The notes under the pieces were generated by a model, which saw nothing but the letters and a program-made list of their open reading frames with translations, was not told where the DNA came from and did no database searches. The position numbers and the translations under genes are program-made. Positions 1 through 11,924 of a stretch of DNA of 64,000 nucleotides are shown in pieces. The DNA comes from Emiliania huxleyi CCMP1516 (Eukaryota). The stretch's first letter is position 1, and each line of letters starts with the position of its first letter. The DNA is taken from assembly GCF_000372725.1 (NCBI RefSeq), contig NW_005201732.1, positions 62,001 to 126,000 of the forward strand, given 5' to 3'.

Positions 1-711
1 CCTGCCATCTTTGCCGGGGACCTTGAGGATTCTTCACGAAATCTGAGGTTTGTGCCTGGGCAGGACGCCTTTGCCCGTCGGTATGGGCCTTCGAACCACA
101 AGTTTGACAACCGGCCCCTCGCGCTTATTCGGCTCGCCAACCGCACGCTTGAGTTTGACTGGCTCCTTGTCGGCGACATGGACACCTGCTTCCATGTCGA
201 CGCCTTGAGAGCTGCGCTGTCGCCCATCAATCCGGCTCGCCGGCACTTTCTTGGCATGCCGGCACCGCCGGGTCAGACGAGTTGCAGCAGCGGGAAAAGT
301 ATACTTGCGGGAAAATGCTGCTCTATCCAAGACCTCGTACACTTCTCCGACTGTGTGCTGACTGTGCGCAGAGCGCGGCACTTCCGCAACAGCTCCATCA
401 AACACCCGCACGTTGCAAACGGGCGCGGTTATGTCTATGCATTTCCTCACGGGGGCGCTGGCTACGTCCTATCGAGCGGACTGCTCCGGGCCATCTCGGA
501 GGCGCAATGGAGCACTTGCGAGTCGGAGCTCCTCGAGGGCGGCGGCGACCTGCGGGTGGGTGCCTGCGTGTACCACACCACCGGAGTGGGGCTGACAGAG
601 CTACCTGGTTTGCTCGGGAATCTCAGCAGGCACAAGGAGGTCTGTCCGTTTAGTAAGAGCCGTGTAGGCCCGCACTTTCGAACTCGCGCAACCGCGCGGT
701 GGGTGCTATAG
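1..711 (+). CDS. Fringe/GT31-like glycosyltransferase, 5'-truncated by the window edge
   Basis: Frame open from base 1. Motifs DWLLVGDMDT (DxD), FPHGGAGYVLS and GGDLRVGAC are typical of fringe/beta-1,3-galactosyltransferases. Confidence 0.75.
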   Translation, partial: PAIFAGDLEDSSRNLRFVPGQDAFARRYGPSNHKFDNRPLALIRLANRTLEFDWLLVGDMDTCFHVDALRAALSPINPARRHFLGMPAPPGQTSCSSGKSILAGKCCSIQDLVHFSDCVLTVRRARHFRNSSIKHPHVANGRGYVYAFPHGGAGYVLSSGLLRAISEAQWSTCESELLEGGGDLRVGACVYHTTGVGLTELPGLLGNLSRHKEVCPFSKSRVGPHFRTRATARWVL

Positions 712-859
712 TAGGAGGCCGCTGACGAAGTTCTGCATAGGCCATCAGCGCACAGCGCTTAGTCGACGTCTCGATGTCTCTGGTGTATCAAAAAATGCAA
801 ACCCTGGGTCTACAAAATTTCTTCTTGAACGGGCAGCATATTCTCCCTCTCACAATTCC

Positions 860-1036
860 ATGGGCACATACACCGTCGACCTCGGGCCCGAGGACCACCG
901 GGAGCTAGCGGCGCACGCGTTCGCCCCCTCGAGTGCGTCCCGCCTGCGCTCCCTGAAGCGCGTCTACGACCCCGGCCGGCTCTTTGCGCACTGCCTGCCG
1001 CTGGCGGCGGGGCACAGTTGTTTAATCCAGAAATAA
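860..1036 (+). pseudogene. Orphan C-terminal fragment of a berberine-bridge-enzyme-like FAD oxidoreductase
   Basis: Translates MGTYTVDLGPEDHRELAAHAFAPSSASRLRSLKRVYDPGRLF, matching the BBE C-terminal RL..LK..YDP..LF motif. No FAD-binding N-terminus upstream. Confidence 0.55.
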
Positions 1037-1079
1037 TTCTTTTTCTGACGCAGCCGCGGACTAGCTAGCCGCCTGATAT

Positions 1080-2673
1080 ATGCCCGAGCCGCAGCAGCCA
1101 GACGCGCGGAGCGCGCCGCTGCTTGACCCTGAGAACGCCGTGAGGTGCGACACCGAGGGCGAAGCAGCCTCTGGCCCGTCGCCTCAAGCCAGCGAGGCGC
1201 CGCCGCCGGCCACAAAGGGCTCCGGCTCCGCGGCTCTGGTGTTTGTGCTCTGGAACACGATGATGGGATCGACGCTGCTCGTGATGCCCTCTTGCTTCCG
1301 CGAGTCGGGCTGGCTCCTCGGCCTCGTCCTCGCGGTGCTCTGCGCCGGCGTCTCGCAGTACACGTGTGGCGTCGTGCTGCTGCACGGCATGCGGCTGCCA
1401 GACCCGCAGGCCGAGGTGGCGGACCTGGCGCACGCGTACCTCGGGCGGTATGGCTGGGGCGCCACGCTCTTCGCCTCGGTCGGCGTCTGCTTCGGCGCCG
1501 CGTGCGCGATGCACGGCTACCTCGCCACGTCTCTCAACGACCTGCTGGTCGACTCTCGAGAGCAAGGCGGGCTCGGCCTCGCCTCCGCGTGGACGTCGCT
1601 CTCGCCGAACCCTAAGGGCGTGGCGGCGGCGCTTGTGCTGGCACTGCTCCTCCCGCTCTGCTCGCTGCGCTCGATGGCGCTGCTCGCGCGCCTCAACGGC
1701 GTCGGCATCGCCTGCCTCTTTTTGATCCTCGCCTTCATCGGTGCCTCGGCCGTCGCAAACGGCCTCGCGCCAGAGGCGCTCGCGCCAGCCTCGCTCGCGC
1801 AGCCGTCGCTCAAGGTGCTCGGCACGCTCGCCCTCTCCTTCTTCATCCACTCGATCGCCATCACCATCTTCCGCGCCGCAGCCACGCCCGCGCACAATGC
1901 GCGCAACCTCGGCGCCGCCTCTCGAGCGCAGCCTGGGGAGATCGGCCGAGATCAGCCGAGGTGCACCCGAGAGGGAGCGAGATGTAGGCGCCGCCTATGC
2001 GCTCGTCCTGCTCACCTACGTCTCCGTCGGCGTCTCGGCCAACCTGTGCCCGCCGCTCGGCGACCCTCTTCTCTCGCCCGCGGGAGAAGGGTCTGCGGCC
2101 GATGCCAAGCCACCCGCCCCATTCGGTGGGAGTAGGCGACCCTGCCTCGCTCGAGTCTGCGGCGGCGCGCAACTCCTTCCTCTCCGTGCGCCAGCCGCCC
2201 TCGCTCGCCACGCCGCTGCTCGTCGCGCGCTTCGCCGTCGTCCTCCAGTGCGTCACCGTCTACCCGGTCCTCGTGTACGCCATCCGCACTCAAACTTTCT
2301 GCGCGCTCGTCTACCGAGACCCGTACCCCGGTCCACGCACCCGCCCCTCGCGGGCCGGACCCACTCAGCGACCGCGCCCTCTCACGCGCCCGCCGCCGTG
2401 CGCTCAGGCGCGCTCCCCGTCCTCGGCCTCAACGCGATTGTGCTCTGCGCGACCGCCGCCGTCTCCATTTTTGGGCTGCACATCGCCGACGTGCTGCGCT
2501 TCACCGGCGCCTTCGCCGCGCTCGTCATGGTGTACGCCGTGCCCGCAGGCGTGCAGTGGGCCGAGCTCGCCGCCGCGGCCAGGTCGAGCCGCCGCGCGCG
2601 CGCGGCGCGGTTGGCGCTCACGGGAGGGCTGCTCTGCTGCGGCTGCCTCACTGTGGCGGTGCAATTCGAGTGA
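1080..2673 (+). CDS. Amino-acid transporter (AAAP/SLC38 family, SLC38A9-like), multi-exon
   Basis: WNTMMGSTLLVMP..F..SGW motif and many hydrophobic helices. Introns at about 1912-1987 and 2331-2408. Confidence 0.85.
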
Positions 2674-2886
2674 GCCCGGTCTAAATAAGTAGGGGAGAAA
2701 ATTGAGTTTTTTGGCTGTGTCTTTGGTGGCAAGTATGCGTTGAACTAAGAACTCGAAAGCACATTCGAAGGAGGAACGTCGGAGTGGAGGGGGGGGGGGC
2801 GGCCCCAGCTCCACCGAAAGCGGGCGGCGGTGTCGCCCGCCGGCCGCCGCCACACGCTCAACCCTCGCGCAGCAGCAGCACGCAGC

Positions 2887-3671
2887 TCACGCCTCGTACG
2901 GGAGCGGCCACACCGGGTTGCCCGTCAGCGACTCGTGGATCATCATGCCGATGATGCCCATCATCGCGGCGCGGCCTGGGGGCATGCAGAGGCGAGGGGT
3001 GGGATAGTGGCCGGGGGCTGGCCGTCGGGGCGGCGGACGGCTGTGGGATGGACAGCGCGACGGGGAGAGGTGGGCGGTGGCGGATTGGCGAGGGCGGCGA
3101 GGGCGGCAACGAGGAGCCGAAAGCACGCAAGGGTGCCGCGTTTCACACGACGGGAGCGGGGGGGGGGGGGGGCACCGTTGTTGCGCTCGGCGTTGAGCTT
3201 GAAGAACTTCACCTCCGGGTCGTCGTAGCGCACCCACGGGATGCGGTCGCCGACCACGTCGCCGGGCTCGAGGTTCGGGTCCTGCGCAAAGAGCGAGTTG
3301 TCCAGGATGGCCACGATCGCCACGATCTGGGCCCAGCCGGCCTGCGGCAGCGCCGCCCATGAGCCGAGCGTGCCGGCGGGGATATCCTCAAACTTGAGGG
3401 GCGGGAAGGAGAGGTACGAGCAGTAGCCGTCCCACTTGAAGTTGGCCGTGACAAGCACGTGCGTCACCGCCGCCATCGCGATCCGCCCGTGCTTGATCTC
3501 CATCTCCTGCCAGCGGCGGTACTTCTCCGGCATCTTTGTCATCAGGCCAAGCGGATCGTACACGCCGAGCGGGCGCGTGGTGCCGACGTCGCCAACATTG
3601 ATGGCCGTCATGCGCGGCGCGGGCGCGCGCATGGGCGCGAGCGCAACGGAAGAGACGGCAGCAGACAGCAT
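2887..3671 (-). CDS. Lhc: Light-harvesting fucoxanthin-chlorophyll a/c binding protein (Lhc), 2 exons
   Basis: Targeting-like N-terminus, DPLGL, helix 1 EIKHGRIAM, and helix 3 ERNNG|RAAMMG split by an intron of about 200 nt. Confidence 0.95.
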
Positions 3672-4550
3672 GCTTCCTGCGCGCGGGGAGCAAGCGGCGA
3701 TCAGCACGCAAAAGCCGCAAGCAGAGAGATTCGGCGAATGAATGCGGTGGCGCAGCGGCCACCAGAGGGCCGTGCCGCTGCAGTGTGTCGCGGCGGGCCG
3801 TGTGCGGCCACGAGGCGACGAGCAGATGGGGCGCAGGGACGCAGCGCCGCAGAGGCGGCAAACGCCGTCGGGGTGTCGCCGCCGCCGGGTGCGCTGCTGA
3901 CACCCGTGCCGCGCGCCGGACCCGCTGGCCGCCGCGCCGGGGGCTCTGCCGGGCCTCTCCAGCAGTGTGTCGTGAGCAGCAGCAGTGGTGGGGCGCCGTG
4001 TGTTTCAGCAGCTCTGCGATCGCCTGGGCCAGCTCTCGGAGAGGTGCAATTCAGCTCTGCGGAAAAGAAACACAGCGCTTTTCAGTCAACGCCAGCGATA
4101 TTGCCACACGTGCTCGAATCCCTCTTGCCGCTGGAGACGGGGTCGAAGCGCTGCTGGAAACGGAGGTCGGAGCCAGACACAGTTGCAACCAGACACAGTT
4201 GCAACCGGCGGGATGGGGAATGGGACTTGCCGAGCCCGGTGCCTCTCAAGAAAGATCGAGACGGACTCCATGGACGGCCAATATTTGTTCATCAATTTTT
4301 ATTAATCGATGCTTTTTGCACGGCTGAGTCCTCCCCCCCCCCCCTCCGCCCTCCCCCCCCCCCCATTCCCCTGCCCTCTCCCGCCACGCACGCCGTCCGA
4401 GCCCTCTCCGCTCTTGCACAGGAGGAAAATGGACAATTAATCAAATGGAAGCAAGAACCTTCCATTCTATTTCGCCGCCACCGCGGCGCGCGCGCCTTAT
4501 CCGCGCGCGATATTAGTAGAACCAAACTTCTAACTTGTGTGGTTGTTTTG

Positions 4551-5418
4551 GAGCGGCCGCACTCTGCTCGCTACCCCCCCTGCACAACTAAGCTCATCCC
4601 TGCTGCTAGGGGGGGGGGGTCTGACCCCCCCAGCAGCAGAGCGCTCCTGCTGGGGGGGGGGGTCCCGACCCCCCCCAGCAGCAGAGCGCTCCTGCTGGGG
4701 GGGGGGTCCCGACCCCCCCAGCAGCAGAGCGCACTGGACCCAGCTCTCCCGCCTCCTCGCCGCCGCCCCCCCCTCTCCGCCCTCAATTCGTGTTTAAGCG
4801 GTACTCGTACGCTCGAGGCGGTTGTGTTCGCCGCGCCTTCGAGCCCAATACACCTTCGTCGTGTCGAGTGCTGGCAACGTTTACTCGGCAGTGTCGCAGT
4901 GTCGAGCAACACTCGGTGTCAGAGCGTCGCGCCTCCATCAGTAGTCTCATCACCGAATTGATTGCTGGCCTGTGGCGTATGACCTCGCGCGGATATCACC
5001 AACGACGAGCATGCGAAGATAGGGAACAATATCTTGTACAGCCCGCTGTGCTCCCCGCTGTGCCACGGCGTACGATGGGCTGCGAGAGCCGTATCTTCCC
5101 TTCTTGAAGCAGAGGAGCCGCGAGGCACGAGAGGCGTAGAAGAGAGGCTGGCGTGCCCCGCACCTCCCGGTTGGCAGTAGGAGGGCCCGCCGGTGAGACC
5201 ACTGATTTTGATGCCGACTATAAACTCTCGCCACTGGAACGCATGCTACTTACAGCTGCTGTCTGTACAGAGATGCCAGCACCCCCCACAGGCAGAGCGC
5301 TCCTGCTGGGGGGGGGGTCCGGGTCCCGACCCCCCCAGCAGCAGAGCGCTGCTGCTGGGGGGGGGTCGGCCATGAGCTTAGTTGTGCAGGGGGGGTAGCG
5401 AGCAGAGTGCGGCCGCTC
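4551..5418. mobile_element. Non-autonomous TIR element with 3-bp TSD (PIF/Harbinger-like)
   Basis: 47-bp TIR GAGCGGCCGCACTCTGCTCGCTACCCCCCCTGCACAACTAAGCTCAT at both ends, TTG on both flanks, subterminal C7-AGCAGCAGAGCGCTCCTGCT-G(n) hairpin repeats. Confidence 0.85.
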
Positions 5419-5434
5419 TTGGATAAAACGTATA

Positions 5435-5804
5435 TAGAGCTGTCAAACGTTAACTTTGGGCCTAACAGTTGCACTATTGTTGGCTGAAAATCCTCAACGT
5501 TGTTCAAGTGTTCTCCCCAGCCCAAGCTGTTACTGTTTGTTACTGTTGTTACTGTTGTTCAGTGGTCAGCAAGCAGAAAATGCCAAAAAACCCGGGTAAA
5601 ACCCGAAAATACCTGGGGTTTTCCAGGTATTTTCGGGTATTACCCGCACTGGACGCTGGAGATCGTCGTGGGTCACTGCCAGGCCTTCCTTATTGTTGTT
5701 CAGCTGGCCTAACGTTAGCTACTGTTGTTGGGGAGCCCCACTGTTGTTCTGTTGTTACTGTTAACACTAGCAACACTGTTCAGCTCTAACGTTTGACAGC
5801 TCTA
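5435..5804. mobile_element. hAT-like MITE
   Basis: TIR TAGAGCTGTCAAACGTTA / TAACGTTTGACAGCTCTA with exact 8-bp TSD AACGTATA (5427-5434 and 5805-5812). Confidence 0.9.
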
Positions 5805-6929
5805 AACGTATACAGAACTCCTGCAGCGCGAATGCGGCGCATGCCATGGCTCCTCCTATGCATGGGCCCCTATGGCGTGGCCGCTATCGAGTACCATCCT
5901 GCCCACATGGCGCCAGAGGGCCTAACGAGGCGCGCGTGCTCGCGAGCACATTGTTCTTCGACCACTCTCTTGTGCAGTTGTGCATCCAAAAGCGGGCCTG
6001 TGCTTTGTGGGTTAGACACGCACTCTCCGTTCACACACGAGACTCCAACGCCCTTGTCGCATGTCGCGGGGCGGGGTACCGGATGGGTGGCATTGAAGCC
6101 CGAGGGGTGCGGGAGGCGCACGGCGGGGGCCGGCCTCGGGGTGAGGGTGAGGCCGGCCGCCGCCACCGGGGGGGCCGCCGCGCCGTAGAGCGGCCCGTCG
6201 GTCTCCCTACCGGCGGTGCGCGCGGCCGCGCTCGAAGGCGCTGATTGCTCGGCCGCGCGGGGCCGGGTGACTCGCCCGCTGGGGGGGTGGTGCACGGGGT
6301 TTGCGGCGGGGTCCCCAACGTCCCCGGGGCGGCACGCCTCGGGGCGTGCCGCCGCGCCGCGCGCCAGGGCGGCCCTGATGGCGGAGAGCTCGGAGTCGGA
6401 GTGCTCGGTCTCTCTCTCTATCGTGTCGAAGAGGTCAGTTGCCTCTTTCCCGAGGTCTCGTGCTCGTGCCTTGCCCCGCAGGGTTCGGGCCCGCGCGAGG
6501 ATGTGCTCGAGCTCCGCCCGCCTCTCGGGCCTGAGGGACGTGCCATCCAGGGCGACGTAGCGATCTCCCTTGTCTGAGGGAAGATCGCCTTCCGTGTCTG
6601 CCCCCTTCCCCACAGCCCGCTGCGGTGGGGTCACTGAGCCGCACCGTGCGGCGTACTTGTGCGTGTCGTGCAGCGCCGGGGGCTTGCGCGTGCGGAGGGC
6701 ACGCGCCCCGGGCGCGGCGCCCGCCTGGACGCCGCCGCCCAGGGCAGCTGGCGTCAGGAGCGCTCGGCTCTGCAGTCGCGACCGCTCCTCCTCGAGGGCA
6801 CCCCTGCCGGGTGCGCCGTACGCCTTGTCGCTCGGCGGCGGCGTGGAGTGCCACCGCGCGTAGGGCTCGCGGGCCTCTCGGCACCCCCTTGTCGGCCCTC
6901 GGCTTGCGTGGCTTCGGGGCGTCTCCTCG

Positions 6930-7400
6930 TTGCTACCCCTCTCTACGCCGCTCGTCTCGTGTGCCGATGAGCTCTCGCGCCATGGCTGCGAGGCTGTCCC
7001 CGTGGCACAGCCTCCCCTCTCGACACGAGGGCGAGCATCCGAGCCGCACCACCTTGGCGTTGCCGCGGCCGTTCAGCGCGGCCCGCATCGCCTCGACGGC
7101 TTCGTTCCCCGTCCTAGCTTCGTCAGAGCGTCGGGGGGCGATCTCCTGCGAGAAGGGCTGCCCGTTGGCCTGTCAGATGAGCGCTGGCGTGGATCTAGTG
7201 TTCCGCATGGCTGAGGCGGGAACGGTGCGCAGTCGGAGCCACGTGTCGAATGAATGCCTCGCATACCTGGTCGCGCAGCGCCTCGTCGGTGCCTCTCTTC
7301 CCCATGGGGAATGGGACTTGCCGAGCCTGGTGCCTCTCATGCTGTTGACTGGCAAGGGGCGCGGGACTATGTCCGCTCCCGTGTCACGCGTCTCAGCTCG
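6930..7400 (-). pseudogene. Frameshifted DUF4326-like coding remnant
   Basis: Across frameshifts reads RGTRLG/PFPMG...LRDQVCEAF/DTWL...VVRLGCSPSCREGRLCHGDSLAAMA, resembling the DUF4326 pattern GR.S.WGNPF...LGC.C.P..CHGD.L. Confidence 0.5.
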
Positions 7401-8782
7401 TCAGCTTCCAGCGACAACCACCCTGATTGATGGCTCGGCGTCCCCCTGTCCGCCGCTGGGTGCGCCCCCGCTCGTGTCGCGCCTCGGGCTGGCGGTCCTC
7501 GGGGGGGGGTTGGCTGCCTCGCCTGGCGTGTGTCGCTGCAGCTTCCAGCCCTCGACCCCCCCATGTGACGGTCCCACTCCTCCCCGGCCCCCTCGTCGTC
7601 GGTAGGCTTCCTCTGGCACCGGCTGTGAGCGGTCGTCGCTGTCGTCGTCGTCTACGTCGTCGTCATCGTCTCCGTCCTTGCTCCCCAGCGGCGCCGCCCC
7701 TCCACGCGGGCGCGTTCGCCTTGCGCCACTCGGTGGCTGTCCACGTGATCGTCTTTGCTGCCTTCCTGGCATTGGTCGTCTCTCGAACCGCCACCTGCAT
7801 CGCGGTGAGGCGCTCGCCGTCGCGCCCACCTCGCGTGGGGGCTGGTACGTAGACCGTTGCCGCCATTCTTGCACACGTGGCTGCTCCTTCGCGTTGTGTG
7901 GGGGCAGGGAGGGCTCCCGACGCCGACGCCCTGAACCGCCGCCACTGTTCGACGCTGGGTAGGTCCTTGCCCGCCGTGGTGAGCGCCGCGGCGACATCGA
8001 GCGCCTGTTTGACTGCTGCCTCCCTTGCAGGCGCTGCTGCCGCCACCCTCGGGCCGCTCGATGATGCCGTACAGCAGGGGTGCTGACCGTTTCGGCGCCG
8101 CATCGCAGGCACTGGTAGGATGCCTGCACCATCTCGCAGCAGATCCGGCCCGTCCCGACGAATAGGCTTCCGCCGGCATCGTCCCTCGGCTCCCGTGTCG
8201 CCCCCCCCCAAGCGCCGTCGCCGTCCTTGTCTGACGGGTGCTCGAGTTCGCGGCCAGGTCCCGTCGGGTGTGGGTACGGCGGGGATGGCTCCGGCTGTGG
8301 AGGGGTTGGCGATGGGTGCTGCGGTGGCGATGGCGGGAGGGAGAGTCCGCCCCCCCGCCTGGTCGGCTCGGTCCGGTTCTCCGGAGGGGCTCTCCCGCCG
8401 GTTGCACGCTGTGTCTGGTTGCAACTGTGTCTGGCTCCGGTTTCCAGCAGCGCTTCGACCCCGTCTCCAGCGGCAAGAGGGATTCGAGCACGTGTGGCGT
8501 GTCCGTGTGGGAGAAGCAGATCACGGGCGTTGACTGAATATGGCCCCGTGTTTCTTTTCCGCAGAGCTGAATTGCACCTCTCCGAGAGCTGGCCCAGGCG
8601 ATCGCAGAGCTGCTGAAACACACGGCGCCCCACCACTGCTGCTGCTCACGACACACTGCTGGAGAGGCCCGGCAGAGCCCCCGGCGCGGCGGCCAGCAAA
8701 CGCGCAAGGCGGGGGCGGCCGGTCCTCCCTCTTGTCCATGCAAACACCTGTGAGAAATGCGGGACCCAGCTGTGTGTCACGC

Positions 8783-9727
8783 CTAGCTCGCGGCCACCGC
8801 GCCGCCGCGCCGCGCGGCGCGCTCCGCCTCCCACCGCCCGATGACCGCGCGCAGGTCGCAGCGGGCGTCGAGCGTGCCTGCGTGCCCCGCCCCCTCCACG
8901 AGGTGCACGCTGCACCTCTGAGGCCCCAGCCGCGCCGCCAGCCGCGCCGCCTCGACGTCGCTCCGCAGCAGCGCGTCGGCGGTGCCGGCGACAATCAGCA
9001 GCGGTGGCTGCAGCGCCTCCCACCCCTCCTCGAGCAGCCCGCACCCGGCCCTCAGGTTGGCGAAGCGTGCGTCGAACCAGCACTTGGGCGGCTGCGACGA
9101 GATCTCGTCCACGAGATGGGCGAGCGCGGCGTCGTAATAGGCGGCGAGGGCGGGCTCGCTCTCGCGCAGCTTCTCGAGCTTCCGCTCCACGAGCACGTCC
9201 CGCACCGCCGTCGCGACGAAGCCTGCGTCGAACGTCTTTCGGCCGAGCAGAGCGAACGAGGCCGCCGGGAAGAGCGCCTGCGGCACCTTGCTGAGTGTGC
9301 GTGCGTCCGCCTGCAGGCTGGGCATCTCGCTGAAGGCGCTGGCGGGGTTCACGAGGACGAGACTGCTGACGAGCGACGGCTCGCGGAGCCCCGCCGAAGC
9401 AGCCACCACCCCACCGTACGACTCGCCCATCAGCAGCGTTTGCGGCGCGTCCGCCTCCCGGAGAAAGTCGAGTATGCAGCCGACCTCAGCGTCGATTGTC
9501 GCTGCCACCGGCTCCGCTCGCGCATCGTACACGCGTATGCGGTAGCCAGCATTCACGAGCGGTGGCCACTGCACAAAAGGTGAAGCGGTGGTGCCGTCGA
9601 GGCCGGGGATGAAACATATCAGCGGCGAGGCGGTGGCGGCTTGCGGCGCAGTGTCCACAGGCAAGCCAAAGCGGCTCACCGGATCGTACCATAGCGAGAG
9701 CGGCGCGAGGAGCGAGAGGGAAAGCAT
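8783..9727 (-). CDS. Alpha/beta hydrolase (phytyl-ester-synthase-like hydrolase domain)
   Basis: FIPGLDGT oxyanion segment, GESYGG nucleophile elbow, GTADALL and GAGHA catalytic motifs. Confidence 0.85.
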   Translation of the reverse strand: MLSLSLLAPLSLWYDPVSRFGLPVDTAPQAATASPLICFIPGLDGTTASPFVQWPPLVNAGYRIRVYDARAEPVAATIDAEVGCILDFLREADAPQTLLMGESYGGVVAASAGLREPSLVSSLVLVNPASAFSEMPSLQADARTLSKVPQALFPAASFALLGRKTFDAGFVATAVRDVLVERKLEKLRESEPALAAYYDAALAHLVDEISSQPPKCWFDARFANLRAGCGLLEEGWEALQPPLLIVAGTADALLRSDVEAARLAARLGPQRCSVHLVEGAGHAGTLDARCDLRAVIGRWEAERAARRGGAVAAS

Positions 9728-10116
9728 CCGGCACGTTTTCTGCGCTCTTGGCCACCGTGTGTGGCGGACTTCGTGCTGCGGAGCTCAGCTCAACTAGGCT
9801 CTCTATCACTTCCATCGACGGCTGCAAAAAATAACGCGGCACTCAGCGGAGCTGGGAATAGGACCGCCGCAAGCGGCGTGGCGTGGAGCGGTTGCGCATC
9901 CCTCCGGGGGCCCCTCTGCGCCGGGGAGGCGTTGTTGGAAGCTAGGACGCAAGCGTCCGTCGCCCTTTTCAAACTCGGGGGCTCGGGGCCCACTCGCTCC
10001 GCTACGCTCCGACCCGAATTTGGAGGGCCTAAAAGTTTAAGGTGTTGCTGCGCAAAAGGGGTCGGACACAGGGCGCAGCTCATGCCAAGAGCTAGAAGGG
10101 GAGCTAGAGAGAACGA

Positions 10117-10606
10117 CTTAGGGGACCCCTAGGCTTAAAAGGGTGGGCCCTGGGGCGCCTGCGGCTTAAACGGCTTAAAACGGGGCCCGGGCCCATTTTA
10201 AGGCTGCCTGGGCCGCCGATTCTTAAACGGTCTTAAACGCTTAAACGGTGCGGGAGAGCTCCCGAGGACGATGGTCCGGGAGGCTCCCGGTAGACGCCGT
10301 AGGCCGGGAAGCTGGCTACAGTCAGCTAGCACGCGTCCCCTATGCGAGTATGGCTCCTGCCAGTGCACTAGACTTACAGATGTGTCTTCAGAGGCGGGTT
10401 TGTGCCTAATAACGGCATTGGACAATTGGAGAAAACGGCGCGGAACCCAGCGACGCATGCCGGCGAGGCCGATTTTCTTAAACGGTCTTAAAAGAGGGAC
10501 CCCCGTGCCTGCAATCTCTTAAATGGCAAGTTAACCCCCCAAACCTCCTCGTTTCTTAGAAGGTCTTAAAAAAATCCGGCCCTCAGAACCCTAGGGGTCC
10601 CCTAAG
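10117..10606. mobile_element. MITE with 8-bp TSD (hAT- or P-like)
   Basis: TIR CTTAGGGGACCCCTAGG / CCTAGGGGTCCCCTAAG, exact TSD GAGAACGA (10109-10116 and 10607-10614), many internal CTTAAA motifs. Confidence 0.85.
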
Positions 10607-10689
10607 GAGAACGACTACCCTGTCCCGTTATTGCGTACACCAACACCACAAAAGCTCAAACAAAACAAACAAAACAACTCCTCCTTACT

Positions 10690-11915
10690 TCAGCTGGCAT
10701 GTCGGCTGTCGGGCGTCTAAGGCTCGCGGCCGCCGTGCTGCTGATCCTGAGCGATCCTGCGCTCGCACTCGCGCAGAGCACGCGTGCTCTGCGCCCCGTG
10801 GACGCCGCGACAGCGGAGTCCCACGTCGGCGCTGTCCGACACCCACTCCTCGGCTCGACGCTCCAAGAGCTGCCAGCTCGACCCGCTTCAAACATCTGCA
10901 GCGCGGTCGAGCCGGTCCAAGCTATCGTCGAGAAGCCGCGCGCTTCGTCTCCGCCTCAACGCCTTTCGCCGGCAAGGCCTTCGATGTCCGTGTCGACGGT
11001 ACGTACGCCACCGCCCTCTCCTCCGACACCCTCCAAGACGAGCTCCAGCGAAAGCTCGGCCTTTGGCTCTCCGCGGCGCTTCCCACCCTTCGGGTCGCGC
11101 TCGAGCGGGGCATGCCAGTCGATTTCTTCGGCGACTACCTTTACAACAAGGCCCACCACCGGCGGCCCCACGACGGCGTCCTCGCCGCCTGGGCGGACGC
11201 GATGCGCGCCCCGGCCAACGCGCCGGTCGTGCACGGCGACAAGGAGAAACCAGAGCTCACCCGGCAGTACAACGAGGGGTACAAGGTCGACCTCGCGGAA
11301 CCCCATGCGGGACCGGGAGGATGCGATGACGTGAATGAAATCAAGCTCTGGACGCCCCTCCTCAAGACCTCCTCGCCGGGCGTTGGCAACGCCTCGAGTG
11401 GCGGCACGCCCGCCTCCGTTGGCCACTCCTACGCCTTCGGCAACACCGAAGAAAAGGCCCGCCGCCTAAACATGGGCTGCAAGGCGCGCGGGCAGCCCGG
11501 CCAACCCTTCGACCACAAGACCGGCCACGGCTACGTCAAGGCGCATCGCGGTTTCTACCACGACGCGATCTTTGTCAAGCGCAACAACTTCAACCTGCTG
11601 CTCCACGAGACGTTCGGCGGCGGCTTCTCGCCCACCGCCGTGCTCAAGCTGCGCCGCCTCGCGCGCAAAGTCGCGCGCGGCAGCGTTGACCGCACGGCCT
11701 ACTCGCCCAAGTACTCGCTCTCTTTTATGTCCCACCATGCAGAGCGCATCTCTCTCTCTGTTGTGCGAGGCGTGAACCGCGCCATTCGCTCTCACCTGGC
11801 AACCCTGTCTGCACGTCTCGCGCGCGCGTGAACAGGGCTCCAGGCCCCAAATTACGTGTGAGTGTTAGAGTTGTTTGGTATTGCTAAAAATCTCTCTCAA
11901 AAGCTCTCTCTCTCC
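10690..11915 (+). mobile_element. 5'-truncated non-LTR retrotransposon (CRE-like), restriction-like endonuclease end
   Basis: LQRKLGL, HHRRPHDGV, D...EIK, LLHETFGG and ERISLSVVRG resemble the RLE C-terminus of CRE/R2-group elements. Upstream part is frameshifted and a CT-rich tail follows. Confidence 0.7.
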
Positions 11916-11924
11916 TGTCCTCAC

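Larger units (their letters stand above)
3924..8697. mobile_element. Decayed ~4.8-kb element bounded by ~290-bp inverted repeats (3924-4213 and 8393-8697), containing two nested MITEs
   Basis: Arms are near-identical reverse complements (GCTGGCCGCCGCGCCGGGGGCTCTGCC...CAACCGGCGGGA). No TSD seen. Confidence 0.6.
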
